A stretch of 64,000 nt of DNA from Dendrobates tinctorius (GCF_039654945.1 NW_027361679.1:57412001-57476000), one strand, 5' to 3'. Positions 11,036 through 24,915 are shown, numbered from the stretch's first letter. Translations and numbers: made by a program. Notes: generated from the sequence alone by a model not told the origin.

Positions 11036-11292
11036 AGGGCAGCACGGTGGCTCAGTGGTTAGCCCTGGGTTCGAATCCCACCAAGGACAACATCTGCAAG
11101 GAGTTTGTATGTTCTTCCCGTGTTTGCGTGGGTTTCCTCCGGGTACTCCGGTTTCCTCCCGCATTCCAAAGACATACTGATAGGGAATTTAGATTGTGAG
11201 CCCCATTGGGGATAATGATGATAATGTGTGCAAACTGTAAAGCGCTGTGGAATATGTTTGCGCTATATAAAAATAAAGATTATTATTATTTA
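11036..11292 (+). mobile_element. tRNA-derived V-SINE with L2-derived tail
   Basis: A box TGGCTCAGTGG; B box GTTCGAATCC; V-domain GTGGGTTTCCTCCGGGTACTCCGGTTTCCTCCC; L2 tail plus (TTA)n; TSD TAGGTAC at 11029-11035 and 11293-11299. Confidence 0.88.
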
Positions 11293-11384
11293 TAGGTACG
11301 CTCCACGGCTACTGCTAGTTGTGTGGACAGGATCAGGGGTCTGCATCCGCTTAGTTACCAACCTCTCTGGTTTTCTGTGGCTTA

Positions 11385-13077
11385 GCCTGAGTGGAAAGGT
11401 GCACCTCACAACAGATGCATGGGCCAGTAGGCATGGCCATGGTCGTTACGTGTCCATCACTGTGCACTGGGTTAATGTGGTGGATGCAAGCTCCACAGGG
11501 GACAGCACCGGTGGAACAATGCTGCCTAGCCCACGGTATAGGAAACAGTTAGCTGTAGGCGTTCGACCCTCCTCCTCCTCCAGAAGTGAAAGCTCGTAGA
11601 CAGAGCGCAGTCGCACGAGCACTCCATCCGCAGCTGCCGGTGTTGCACACGAGGTGTCCCACTAACGAACAGCTAGTGGTAAGTGTCAGCAGGCTGTTTT
11701 AAAGATGATGTCTTTGGGCGACAACAGACACACCGCAGAGGTACTGGCCGACTACTTGCAGCGAGAAACTGAGTCATGGCTGGGCAGTCTACAGATTGCT
11801 CAACCTCCCCAAGCACCGCCTAATCATAGACGTTGCAACAAGGTGGAACTTCACCATGCACATGGTTGAGAGGCTGTGCGAACAGAGGCAGGCTGTAATG
11901 CTTTTGTGGGAGGATACACGGGCAGGCAGTTTGAGGTCAGACATGGCGTTGCCGGGTGTGCAGTGGTCAAAGCTGAAAGACCTCTGTAAAGTCCTTCAGT
12001 GTTTTGAGGAATGCACACGGCTGGTAAGCGCAGACTATGCCATCATAAGCATGAGCATCCCACTTATGCATCTGCTCATGCAAACTTTGATGCACATTAA
12101 GGATCAGGCATCTGCAGCGTAGGAGGAGGAGGAGGGAAGCCTTGATGACAGTCAGCCATTGTCTGGTCAGGCAACTGTCCTGGATGAGGTGGAGGTAGAG
12201 GAGGATGAGGGGGTTGATTATTTTGGGGAGGAGGATGCTTCTCGGGGGGCAAGAGAAAATGTTGGCTTGCCAAGGTCAGGTACAGGGTTTGTGCGTGACT
12301 GGAGGGATGTGGATATTGCAGAAAGTGCTCCTCCACCCATCACTGTCAGTGCATTATTGACACCAGGAACATTGACCCACATGTGTGATTATCTCTTGCG
12401 GATGCTAAAAAGGGACCCCACATTCTCAGAATTATGAAGGATGACGGCTACTGGTTGGCCAGCATCCTCGATCCACAATATAAAGGCAAATTATAGAACA
12501 TCATGCCACAGGAGAACCTAGAAATAATATTGGCGAACTAGCAAGCAACTCTGGTAAACCGTTTGTTACAGGCATTCCCAGCACACAGCAGCGGTGCAGG
12601 TTCTACCATGAGCCGTACTGGGCCAAATGGAAGAGGTGTTCATGGTGCACACAGCCGAACCGACATTGGAAACAGGGGTTTCATGACTATGTTGTGGACT
12701 GATTTCTCGAGGACTGCTTACACGATAATACTGATAATACTGAATCAATTGCAACAGACAGGAGACAGCAGTTGTCAACTATGGTTCAAAATGACCTCTT
12801 CTCCCCTATCAATGTTCTCCCTCACAGTTCATTCCCCTTTGACTACTGGGCCAGTAAACTGGATACCTGGCCTGAATTGGCACAATATGCCTTACAGGAG
12901 CTCGCTTGCCCTGCTGGTAGTGTGCTATCAGAAAGAGTCATCAGTGCTGCTGGAGCAATTCTGACAGAAAGAAGGACCCAGCTGTTGACCCAAACTGTTG
13001 ATGATCTCACCTTCATTAAAATGAACCATGCATGGGTTTCAAAGGATTTTGTCCCACCTTCCCTTGATGACACATAG
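11385..13077 (+). pseudogene. Decayed hAT transposase (catalytic core to C-terminal dimerization domain)
   Basis: KVHLTTDAW...YVSITVHW; HRLIIDVATRWNFT; YWASKLDTWPELAQYALQELACPAGSVLSERVISAAG; several stops and frameshifts; element terminus near 16396 (AAAGGCAAAGTCGCTC). Confidence 0.88.
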
Positions 13078-13212
13078 TTTGCCAGCAAAATGGCTCGCTT
13101 TGTCCTCCTCTTCTTCCGATTTCCCCAATTCCTCCATTTGCAGCTGATGAACGTCCAGCCTACACCTCAACATAGGCCAGTTTTTCCACCTCCCTAACTG
13201 GACTGTCCCCCC

Positions 13213-16087
13213 CAGGGCCGGTGTCAGCACCTGGCGCACCCAGGCAAGTGCCGGGGCTCTGAACAGGTGAGGGGGCCCACTCATGTGCGATGGCACTGGC
13301 AAAGGGCCCCTCACAGTAGGCTGGTGTCTCTGACGGTGGGGGGCACACTTGCCGTTACAGACACCGTCATACTATGAGGGGCCCTGTGCCAGTGCTGTCG
13401 CACACGCGTGGGCCCCCTGCTTTCTCAGGGCACCAGTACTTGCAATACTTACCTCTCCTTGCTCCACCGCTGTGACCTCTTCTGCGTTTCCTGACAGTGA
13501 CATTCAGGTCAGAGAGCACGGTGATGTCACGTCTGGACGCCCTCTGCCTGAACAGAGTGCACAGAGCTGGAAGATGGTGACGCTGAGGAGTCTAGAGTAG
13601 AGCAGTGCCCAGCGAGGAGAGGTATTTCATTTTTTTAATGTTTGGAGCAATATATGGGGAGCATTATACACTGGAGAATTATGTATGGTGCCCATTATAC
13701 ACTTGAGCATCATAGATAGGGCCCATTATACACTGGAGCATCGTATGAGGCCCATTACATATGGAGCATTACATGGGCCCATCATACACTAGAGCATTAT
13801 AAATGGGGCCCATCATACACTGGAGCATCATCCATGGTGCCCATCATACACTGGAGCATCATATATGGGGCCCATTATACACTTGAGAATTATAGATGGG
13901 CCCATTATATATGGAGCATTATACACTGATTGCATAATTATTATTAGGCAAGTTGCATTTGAGAGGATTCTTTTTATTATTGAACAACAACTATGTTGTC
14001 AATCAACCGAAAAGACTCATGAATTTCAAAGCTTCATATTTTTGGAAGTTGGAGTGGGTTTTTTTTAGATTTGGCTATCTTAGGAGGATATCTGTTTGTG
14101 CAGGTAACTATTACTGTGCGTAATTATTAGGCAACTTAATAAAAGCAAAATATATATCCATCTCACTTGTTTGTTTTCACCAGGTAAACCAATATAACAA
14201 CACAAAATTTAGAAATAAACATTTCTGACATTCAAAACCAAAAAAAAAGACCAACATAGCCAGCTTTCTTTACGATGACACTCAAAAGCCTTCCATCCAT
14301 AGATTTTGTCAGTTGCTTGATCTGTTTACGATCAACATTGCGTGCAGCAGCCACCACAGCCTCCCTGACACTGTTCTGAGATCTCACATTTTATGAGGGA
14401 CCACAGGTTCTCTATGGGGTTCAGATCAGGTGAACAAGAGGGCCATGTCATTATTTTTTCTTCTTTTAGACCTTTACTGGACAGCCACGCTGTGGAGTAT
14501 TTGGATGCATGTGATGGAGCATTGTGCTGCATGAAAATCATGTTTTTCTTGAACAATACCAACTTCTTCCTGTAACACTGCTTGAAGAAGGTGTCTTCCA
14601 GAAACTGGCAGTAGGTCTGGGAGTTGAGCTTCACTCCATTCTCAACCCAAAAAGGTCCCATAAGTTCAACTTTGATGATACCAGCCCATACCAGTACCCC
14701 ACCTCCACCTTGCTGGCGTCTGAGTCAGAGTGGAGCTCTCTGTCCTTTACTGACCCAGCCTCGGGCCCATCCATCTGGCCCATCAAGAGTCACTCTCATT
14801 TCATCAGTCCATAAAACCTTACAAAAATCTGTCTTAACATATTTCTTGGCCCAGTCTTGACGTTTTATCTTATGTTTCTTGTTCAAAAGTGGTCGTTTTC
14901 CAGCCTTCCTTACCTTGGCCATGTCCCTGAGTATGGCACACCTTCTGCTTTTTGATACTCTAGTAATGTTGCAGCTCTGAAATATGGCAAAAGTGGCGTC
15001 AAATGGAATCTAGGCAGCTTCACGCTTGATTTTCCTCAATTCATGGGCAGTTATTTTTAGCCTTTTTTTATCAACACGCTTCTTGCGTCCCTGTTAGCTA
15101 TTTGCCATGAAACACTTGATTGTTCGGTGATCACGCTTCAAAAGTTTGGCAATTTCAAGACTGCTGCAACCCTCTGCAAGACATCGCACAATTTTTGACT
15201 TTTCAGAGTCCGTCAAATCTCTCTTCTGACCCATTTTGCCAAAGGAAAGGAAGTTAACTAATAATTAAGCACACCTTATATTGGGTGTTTATGTCATTAG
15301 ACCACACCCCTCCTCATTACAGAGATGCAAATCACCTGATTTACATAATTGGCAGTTGGCTTTCAAGCCTATACAGCTTGGAGTAGGACAACATGTATAA
15401 AAAGGATAATGTGATCAAAATACTCATTTGCCTTATAATTCTGCACACAGTGTATAGGCCCATCATACACTGGAGCATCATATGGGGCCCATTATATATG
15501 GAGCATTATATAGGCCCATCATACAATGGAGCATCATCCATGGGGCCCACCATATGCTGGAGCATCATATGGGGTTCATTATTTATGGGGTATCATATAG
15601 GGTATGGAGCATTATATGGAGCACATATGAGGCCTATTCTGTATGGAGCATTATATGGAGCCCATTCTGTATGGAGCAATATATGAGGCCCATCATATTG
15701 TATGCTGTATGGAGCTTTATATGCGACTCATTATACTGTATGGAGCAATATATGGGGCTCATTCTACTCTATGGGGACTGTCCTATAATGTATGGCACAT
15801 TATATGTGACCAATTATTCTGTATGGAGCAATATATGGGGCTCATTATTCTGTATGGCCACTATGTGGTGGCCATAATACTGTATGGAGGAATATACTGT
15901 CCGGTTTTTGAGCTATTGTAAAATTTAAAATAGATATCAGTCATGTAATGTAAGAAGTGAAGTATTTGTCATTGCACTATACCAATATTTCTCTGCCGTA
16001 TCGGAGCATCATGAATTGTGGTATGTGTTAAAGGGGCCCACTGACACTCTTTTGCCCGGGGCACACGAAAACCTGGAGCCAGCCCTA
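13213..16087. mobile_element. Non-autonomous CAGGGCCGG-type (hAT-like) element with GGGCCCATCATACACTGGAGCAT minisatellite, nested in the hAT 3' region
   Basis: Termini CAGGGCCGG/CCAGCCCTA between poly-C flanks; homologous segment at 28040-30582. Confidence 0.65.
13924..15452 (-). mobile_element. Tc1-like DD37E (TRT-type) transposon with decayed transposase (ATG ~15234)
   Basis: TA TSD at 13922-13923 and 15453-15454; CACTG...CAGTG imperfect TIRs; MGQKRDL..., VLWTDEMRVTLDGPDGW, Q[H]NAPSH with 37 residues to SPDLNPIE. Confidence 0.85.
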
Positions 16088-16396
16088 CCCCCCCCCCACA
16101 ACTTTAGCAAAATAATCCCCTGTTTTTCAATGCGTAACTATTATTATAAAGTAAATTAAGGTTGACAAGCTTAAGTAATAAGAATTGATGTCGTTGGCAT
16201 TGAAATGGGCACTGTTGGCGTGTTTACTGTCCTCCACTCCCTGCCGACTTTGCTTCCCCATTTTTTGCATTGGGTTTCGTGTTTCAGTCGGACCTCCGAC
16301 TTTTCATGATAGTCGGCCGATTTTGTTCGACTCAACTTTTGAGAAAGTCGGGTTTCCTGAAACCCGACTCGACCCTAAAAAAGGCAAAGTCGCTCT

Positions 16397-19300
16397 TAGT
16401 GACATATCGGGCCCCAGCTAGATGGTCTAGAAGTTCATCAATACAGGGCGTTGGATAAGGATCACTAATGGTATGGTCATTTAGTCGTCAGTAGTCCACA
16501 CAAAATCGAGTACTCCCATCTTTCTTGGGTACTAACATCACAAGAGAGGCCCAAGGGCTATGGGAGGCCTGAATTACCCCAAGCTGTAAAATCTCCTCCA
16601 GTGCCTGCTGCATGGTGTTTCTAACTGATTCTGGTACACAGTATAGAGCCTGCTGTATGGGATGGATGCCCAGAGTGTCCACAGTTAGGTTAATGTGGTT
16701 CAACCTGGTCAGGATGAGAAAGCAGCCTGTCACTGACGGAGCACACTCAGCCTTTGATTTTTCTGTAAGGAATCAAGGTGATCTCTCAGAGGAACCTGTT
16801 CCACAGTGGATGGGGTTCTTGCGACTTCCACAAGATCAGGTAGTGAGTCCTCCTCCTCCTGACTATCTTCTAAAGCAAGCTGACAGCTTGCTATCACTGG
16901 TGGGGTTTGGTCATGGTACTCCTTAATCACATTCACATGGACAGTCTTTTGTCTTCAACACTGATCATTTAAAGCAAGGAGGTATTTGGTGTCATTAAGT
17001 TATCTGAGAACCCAGAAGGGACCCTCCCATGTTGTCTGCACTTTATTTTGCCAATGGGTAACAATCATTAAGACCTGTTTTCCTTCTGAAAACTCCTAAT
17101 AGCGTGCTTTGCAGTCATACCATGTCTGCTGTCTCGTTTGAGCCATCCGTACATGATCCTGAGCAAAACTAGCAAGTTGAGCCCAGGTTTATCTGAAGCT
17201 TTAGGACATATGGAACAAGAGGGGTGCCTGTATCTTCAACTTGCCCCTCCCAATATTATTTTAGCAGGGTTAAAGGTCATCTGATCTTTCTTACACAGAG
17301 TAGCTCAAAGGGGGAAAACCCAGTGGACTCCTGGGGGACTTCCCGATAGGCAAATATGAGATGGGGTAGATACTTCTCCCAGTCTGCATCCCTCCCAGTC
17401 TGCATCTCTATCAGTGAAGGCCTTTAGCATATTTTTCAGCTTGCCATTGAATCGTTCACAAAGTCTGTTTGTTTGGGGATGATATGGCATCGTTCTGATC
17501 GCTCGTACTCCACAACTGCTCCAGAGACACTGTACCAGCTCCATAAATGAACTGGGAGCCTTGGTCTGATAGTATCTCACTTGGGAATCCTACTCTGGTG
17601 AAAACGGTAACAGCTTCTGGATATCGGGTGGCATAGTCCACAACAGTGAGAATGTACTGCTTTCCAGATTTACTTGGTTTAGCCAGAGGTCCAATGATAT
17701 CGACAGCTACTCTTTGAAAGGGTTCTTCTATTACAGGGAGCAGTTGTGAGGGTGCCTTTGAGTGATCTCCAGGTCGCCCTCTACGAGTCAATCATCTCAG
17801 TGTGAGTTTTCCCTTGATGGCCACCAATAGGAATGTCATGAGCAAGGTGTAAAAGGGAAACTGCATTTCAGAGGGACAATCAGCTGTTTGCTATAAGTCA
17901 AGAGTTTATCTAGGGAGCCAGTGTTGGTAACCCGATATAGGAGTCCATTTTCAATGATAATTTTTTCCCCATTTTCCCCTAAATGCCCTATTTCAGCCCA
18001 AGTTCTAACACTAGCTAGGGTAGGGTCTGTCTCTACCTCTTGTCTAAGCTAAATTTATCCCAAGAGACACTCATATGATCCCTACAAGAAGAATCACTCA
18101 CCGGCTGTGACGGCAGTTCTGGTGGAATTATTTCCATTGACGGGTTGAACACAATCACATCTGCAGTTCTCCTAGCTTGACTTCAAGTTACCGCAACGAC
18201 AAAGAGGTATTGAAGATTCCCCAGATCATTTCCTACAAAAATGTCAGCAGGAAGGCCGCTCATCACAGCGATCACTCATTGTTTTGCCCCAAGGCCATAG
18301 TCCAGGTCACACTCACTCTAGGAATATAATTATGAGTACCTACAGCCAATTCAATGGCAATTCCTGGTGCCTTTTGAATTGCTTCTGGTTGAATTACTCG
18401 GGGATCGGCTATGGTGAGAAAAGCCCCATTGTCACGAAAGCCAACAACTTTTTGGCCATCCAGCATGACCTTTTGTAGATGTTTGTGCTGAAGGTAAGAA
18501 GAACAGGTGGCTGTGGCTCGCACCCCATAGACTCAAGGTAGAGGAGCCAATATATCAGAGTAACTTGGCAAATCACCAGGGAGTGAATCCAGCTCTTCTC
18601 CTGTTCCGGGTGTCTGTAGATAATGGATAAGCAAAGATGGTCTGTAGCTATTCTGCCTCTGAACACCTGGACAGTGGGCTTGCAGATGACCATGATGCCC
18701 ACATCCATAACACCTGCATTCTACGATTTTTCCTCCATGTCATATTCCCAAAGATGAAGCAGGAGTAATGGGAGGCACATTCACATGGCGTTAGCCATGA
18801 GTTGGTAGTCTAGTGGGACGGTGAACATTGGAGGCAGAAGGACATGGGGCTGCCAGTGTTGGGAAGTTTTTTCTCACTGACTAGTAGTTTTTTCCACTGT
18901 GGCTTGATGGTGAGAACCTCATCAGCTAGAGCAGCAGCTCATTTCACTGTGGCTGGTTTCCTCTCATGCACCCATTCCCGGATCTCAACGTGGCATTTGG
19001 CATAGAACTGCTCTTTTAGTATGACCTGGAGGAAAGTATCACAAGTTACGGCCCCCTCTCCCACCAGGCAGCGATGACATACTTGTTTGAGCCTGTGGTC
19101 ATACATCTTGAAAGATACTTCCCCATCAAAGGCTAAGGAGTGGAACTGAGTCCTGTAAGTGTCTGGGGTTACAGCATAATGTTTTAGAATAGCCTCTTTT
19201 ACCTCCCCATACTCACAGTTCCACCGGGGTCCATAGCTCTATAGGCTTCGGTAGCTCAACCCCCTAAGAGCCCCACCAGATGTCTGACTTGCTCCCTTTC

Positions 19301-20856
19301 TGGGACTTCCATTAATCAACATTGATGTTCGAAGTCCGGGAAGAAGCCCTTAATGTTGCCCTCATTAAATGGCATAAAATCCTTGCAGGACACTGGGGAA
19401 TTCTCTCATGGTGGATCCTGCGGATGCAGTCTGTCTGGGGTTTCCAGTTGCTTCCACAGCTCTCTCTCTCTCCAGCAATACCCTCTCATGAGCTCTATGA
19501 ATGACCTCCATCTTATATTCTATGGTGACCTCATTTTCAAGCAATGCCATCTCCTCCTCATTCTACACAACCCACTGACTTTTTTGGGGTATTTACCTTC
19601 AGCTTCTGTCTTTCCTCCCTTTGCTGTGGGAATCCTTCAGTGCCACCTTAGTCAGTCCTTTGTAATAGACTCCTAATTCATGGGCATTTGTTTGTAGGCT
19701 CCCCACAGTTCAGTTCCTGTATCCTGATGTTCCGATTCCAGACATTGGTGGGCCGCTGTCCTCAATTCTTTCTGCTCTGATCCGACTGCTGCCACCAGTT
19801 TGTGATGGGGTATGCAACAGAGCAGGAAGAGACACCAGGCTGATAAATAATCCAATGAGATTTATTGGAACAGAGAACTGGGGCAGCACAAATGAAGGTA
19901 ATGCTACATTGTCCGTAATGAGTCCACAATGAGTCCACACAAAGAGAGCCGATCTGGGGGCGCCACCGGGTAATCCGACGCCAGGGAAATATAGAAATAG
20001 TCCTTGGATGAGTTCAATGGATCCAGCAGATGAGGGATACAACATGAGTCTATTGTCCTGTGTCTTGGGATCAGCCCATTGATGGGGGAAGTTCAAACCA
20101 ATTTTAACATGTGGCTACATTGTGAAGTTTCCTGAAACTGCCGGCTCCATTCTGTCTTACAGGTTTGTGTATTGGATGAGTCCCATGCTGAGAAGAACAA
20201 AGACAGAATCCCCCACTAGATGCAGTACACGTGAGCTGGACCTAGGCCTGATTACATTACAGTCCAGGAACAAAGGCCGGGGAAGGGACATGCTGTTACC
20301 CACACCATAAACTATAGTATGCCATATACATGACCTCTGATGCACTGAGACCCTGCCATATGCAATGCCTAGAAAACATTGAGACTATACCACATATAGA
20401 TCACATAGGATACACTGACGCTGCTGGCTTTATATACAGTATATATAGTGGGGACACTGCTGGCTGCATAGATAACACAGGCTACTGGCTGTATATATAG
20501 ACGATACATGCTGCTGTCTGTATATATAGTGGGGAAAGTCCTGGCTGTACTGTATATACTGTAAGTAGTAGGAATACTGCTGGCTGTGAATAAATTTGGG
20601 ACACTGCTGGATGTATATATAGTGGGCATACTGGTGGCTATATTTATATAGTGGAGACTCTGCTGGCTGTATATATAGAGGACAGGCTGCACGCTGTACA
20701 TACAAACCACTATACTGTACACACAGATCAACACTATGTACATATACAGTAGTATATATAGACATAATATATACAGTATAAAGTGTTGGCCCGTACATTC
20801 TGTATGGTGCTGTGTATGAGGAAACAAAGACAGACACACACAGAGTTACTGTCACA
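16397..20856 (-). mobile_element. Gmr1-type Gypsy LTR retrotransposon (SCAN-gag, CCHC, PR, IN, RT start), 3'-truncated and decayed
   Basis: 5' LTR ~19801-20856 (TGTGA...TCACA); tRNA-Leu-like PBS TGGTGGCAGCAGTCGGAT at 19780-19797; SCAN ~18915-19170; CYGCGHHGHLQAHC 18671-18712; RDNGA protease ~18430; IN (FQRVAVDIIGPL, SDQGSQF, CERFN) ~17000-17900; RT start (SPWAS, KKDGSTRFCVDY) 16400-16730. Confidence 0.88.
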
Positions 20857-20860
20857 ATTC

Positions 20861-21992
20861 TGTTGTTGGGTGTCCTGGGCCGAGGGATGCCTTCCCTGTC
20901 TCTAACCTAGGCACACCCTAGCTCACCCTGTTCCCTGCATTGCTTCCAATGGTGAAGATGCTGGGGCCACATACCTTGCCTTAGCTCCTTAATCTGCGCT
21001 CAGTCTGTATTCTTCCCTCACCTAGGGAAGAGGGGAGTAATAGTGTACCATAATACACCAACCAGAATAACAAGGTAATATGAACAGTGAAAACTAGGGA
21101 TGAGCGACTTTGCCTTTTTTAGGGTCGAGTCGGGTTTTATGAAACCCGACTTTCTCAAAAGTCAAGTCAAACGAAATTGGCAGATTATCGGGAAAAGTCG
21201 GAGGTCCAATTGAAACACGAAACCCAATGCATGTCAATGGGGAAGCAAAGTCGGCAGGGAGTGGAGGACACCTACATGCCGGACCGCTTTTTTAAAGTGC
21301 GCAAAATCCCACTCTTTCTCTCCCCGGACGCTGCACATGTCATCTCGTTGCCCGCAGTGTATGTCCTTGCTCATTGGCTGAAAAAAATGTCATGTGCAAG
21401 CATTCTGTGAAATCCGACTTTGGCGCTCGGGTCGCCGACCGCGTGGCCGACCTCACGCTATGGTCGGGTTTCGCTTGGCGAAACCCGACTTTGGCGAAAG
21501 TCGGCGACTTTTGGATCTGACCGACCTGTTTCGCTCAACTCTAGTGAAAACGAAAAATATCAAACACACAAATATACTCACACAGGCAACAAAGGAATAC
21601 ATGGGGATGTGGAGGATGGGGTTAAACCAATGTAAGAGAGGAAAAGGAATTATCACACACTTTAAACCTAGTAACAGTCACAGATACTGTAAATCCACCA
21701 AACGCCTACTCTAATAACCACCAACATCCTCCAGCTATGCAGCTACTCTAACAATGAGTGCTAATCAGGACCCAGCTAATATAGGAGATAGGAGTGGCAA
21801 ACAGTGCACAGCAGAGAGCCTAAATGCAGGAAAACCTCCAGGAGCTCTCAACTGAGCAAATTAACCCCTGCATTACTAAAATAAATTTACACCGTTTAAT
21901 ACGAAGGTAAAGTGCTTTTAATCAGTGCAGGAGTAGGATAAATCAGACACTTCTGTCTACTGGCTCCTCTCTGTCATGGTAAACCCGTGACA
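20861..21992. mobile_element. Probable solo LTR, interrupted by a hAT MITE
   Basis: TG...CA ends; shares CCCTAGCTC.CCCTG and CTAGGGAA blocks with the solo LTR at 53119; TSD not clean. Confidence 0.5.
21095..21543 (-). mobile_element. hAT MITE (deletion derivative of the 25109-30888 family)
   Basis: TAGGGATGAGCGA/TCGCTCAACTCTA termini; perfect TSD GTGAAAAC. Confidence 0.9.
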
Positions 21993-22294
21993 GATACTCA
22001 ACTGCCATGGCGTGGACGGGTCAGCTTCCATTGGAGGATGGAGATTCAAATGTAAAACCGGTGCACATGGTGATGATTGTCTGATGATCTCTCCTTGAGC
22101 AAACGTCATTCTTCTTCCAGTAAGATCCTGTTTGCACAGCGCTTGGAAGCCTTTTTAGTGCATGCACAGTACAAACTTCAGAGGAAATTTTAAACAATCA
22201 AGGATTGTGCTTTTTTCTGCCCGACGCTATGGATGGCAAAGAAAAGTGCTAGGCTTTTATGGACTCTCTATAAATTTACAGAGGGTTAGCAACC

Positions 22295-24280
22295 CAGACT
22301 GGGGAATATACATCACAGGAGAGACTGGGGACATATACATCACAGGAGACATTGGGGGCACGTGTATCACATTAGATGCTGGGGAATATACTGTATATAA
22401 CAGGAGACGCGAGGGCACACACACGACATGAGACACTGGGGTATTGGCATCTCAGGAGTGGCTGGAGGCACATTTATTATAGAAGATGCAGGGGCATATA
22501 CATCACAGGAGATGCTGGGAGCACATACATCACAGGAGAAGTTGGGGGAACATAAAACATTTAGATGCTAGGGCATATTTATCACAGGTGATGCCGCAGC
22601 ACATACATCACACAAGATGCATCACAGGAGGGGCTGGAGGCATATACAAAACAGGAGACACTGAGGGTACATACATCACAAGAGACGCTAGGGATATATA
22701 CATCACAGGAGGGATTGGTGGCATATGCGTCATATGAGATTCTGGGGCATAAACATCATAAGAGGGGCTGGGGCATATGCTGTGCATCACTGGAGGAGCT
22801 CAGAGACAGAAATGTGGCAAGGTACAGATCTGGCCAAGGTTCCAATAGAATTTATATAGTACTCTCAAGGTTCATAAGAGCACAGTGGCCTCCACAATCC
22901 TTAAAAAGAAGTTTGGGACCACCTGAAGTCTTCCTAGACCCGGCCTTCTGATTCTCTGGTCTGATGAGACGAAGATAGAACTTTTTGGTGATAATTCTAA
23001 GTGGTATGTGTGGAGAAAACCAAGCACTGTTCATCACACTCAATACAATCCCAACAGTGAAACATGGTGGTGGCAGCATCATGCTATGTGAGTGTTTTTC
23101 AGCTGCAGGGACAGGATGACCGGTTGCAATTGAAGGAAACATGAATGCAGCCAAGTACAGAGCTATCCTGGATGAAAACCTCTTCCAGAGTGCTCTGGAC
23201 CTCAGACCTGGCCAAAGGTTCACCTTCCAACAAGACAATGACCCTAAGCACACAGCTAAAATAACGAAGGAGTGGCTTAAGAAAAACTCTGTGACCATTC
23301 TTGACTGGTCCAGCCAGAGCCCTGGCCAAATTCAATTGAGCATCTCTGGAGAGACCTGAAAAAGGCTGTCACCAACGTTCACCATCCAACACAATGGAAC
23401 TGGAGAGGATCTGCAAGGAAGAATGGCAGAGAATCCCCAAATCCAGGTGTAAAAAACTTGTTGCACTAGTCCCAAGAAGACTCATTGCTGTACTAGCTCA
23501 AAAGGATGGGTCTACACAAGACTCAGCAAAGGGTCTGAATATACGGTATATGACCAAGTGATATTTCAGTTTTTAATAAATTTGCAAAATTTCTACAATT
23601 CTGTTTTTCTTCAGTCAAGATGGGGTGCAGAGTGTACATTAATGAGAAAAAATGAGCTTTTTGGAATTTACCAAATGGCTGCAATGAAACAAAGAGTGAA
23701 AATGTAAAGGGGTCTGAATACTTTCCGTACCCACTGTAGATCACATACATCATATGAAACGCTGGGTGCACATATATCACAGGACACGCTGGGTGCACAT
23801 AAATCACAGGAGATGCTGCAGGCACATACATCACAGGAGTGGCTAGGATATTTATATCACAAGATTCTGGGGACATATACATCACAGGCGGGGCTGTAGG
23901 TATATAGATCACATGAGACGCCAGGGCATATACTTCACAGGAGGGGCTGGGGTTATATACATCACAGTAGAGGTTGGGGGCATAAACATCCATGGAGACA
24001 CCAAGGCATATACATTAAAAGAGGGGCTAGGGATATATACATCACATGAGACGTAGTAGGCTCATACATCACATGAGATGATGGGGCATATATATATATC
24101 ATAGAAGAGGTGCTGGGGCCTATGCATCACAGGAGATGCCGGGCATTTACATCACAGGAGGGACAGGGGCATAAACATCACAGGAGGGGCTGGGTGAATA
24201 TACTACACAGTATAGGCTTTTGGCATATATACTTCATAGGAGGGGCAGGGGGCATATAAACATCACAGGAGAGGCAGGGG
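22295..24280. repeat. Degenerate ~28-30 bp minisatellite (GGGCATATACATCACAGGAGA), split by a Tc1 fragment
   Basis: Repeated CATCACAGGAG cores at 22300-22790 and 23740-24280. Confidence 0.8.
22790..23736 (+). mobile_element. Tc1-like transposon remnant, 5'-truncated with internal deletion
   Basis: [34 protein letters not shown] motifs; right TIR ...CCGTACCCACTG followed by TA. Confidence 0.85.
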
Positions 24281-24479
24281 TTGTTGCTGCTATTGTCATC
24301 GGTAGGACTGGAGTTTGAAGCACAGAATGTGCTGACTGGCCCACGAAGTATGTCCTGACGCAGGCCGTAATCCTTTATTTCATGCGCCGCAGAGTTCAGT
24401 AGTGAACCTCTCACTGCAGTCACTAGTAATCTGTCCAGGGCTAGAAAAAAGGATGTTGTGGAACATTTACGGCCTGAGG

Positions 24480-24915
24480 GGCTATAGGTTACCCACTCCT
24501 AGTTTAGTAAATACTTTATTCAAGCAATTATACAGGAAAAAGTCAGCATTTTTAAAGAGAACCATGATGCTTACGCAGGACAATGCTCCATCGCATGCAT
24601 TGAAGTATTCCACTGCGTGGCTAGCTGTTTCTTGACCCTGTATTGATATTTCAAGTTGTGTCTTGTTCAGGTGTCGTTGGTTTCCAGCCTTCCTAACCTT
24701 GACCATTTCTCTGAGAAATGAACACCTTGTACTTTTGGGCACTCCGGGAGGTAGCAGTTCTGGAATATATTTTTTTCTCAACACGTTTTTTGTGACCCTC
24801 TTGACTATTTACAACAAAACTTTTAATGGTTCTGTGACCATGCCTCATTATCTTAGCAATTTCAATAGTGTTGCATCCCTTTGACCCTTCTGTAAGACAT
24901 TTTGCCTTTTCACAG
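24480..24915. mobile_element. Two oppositely oriented fragments of the DD37E Tc1-like family
   Basis: + strand QDNAPSHALKYSTAWL (to ~24628); - strand N-terminal HTH region (24630-24915) homologous to 14845-15200. Confidence 0.7.

Noticed and set aside
11037-11085. tRNA gene
   Set aside because: A/B boxes belong to a SINE head; anticodon arm missing; followed by V-domain and L2 tail
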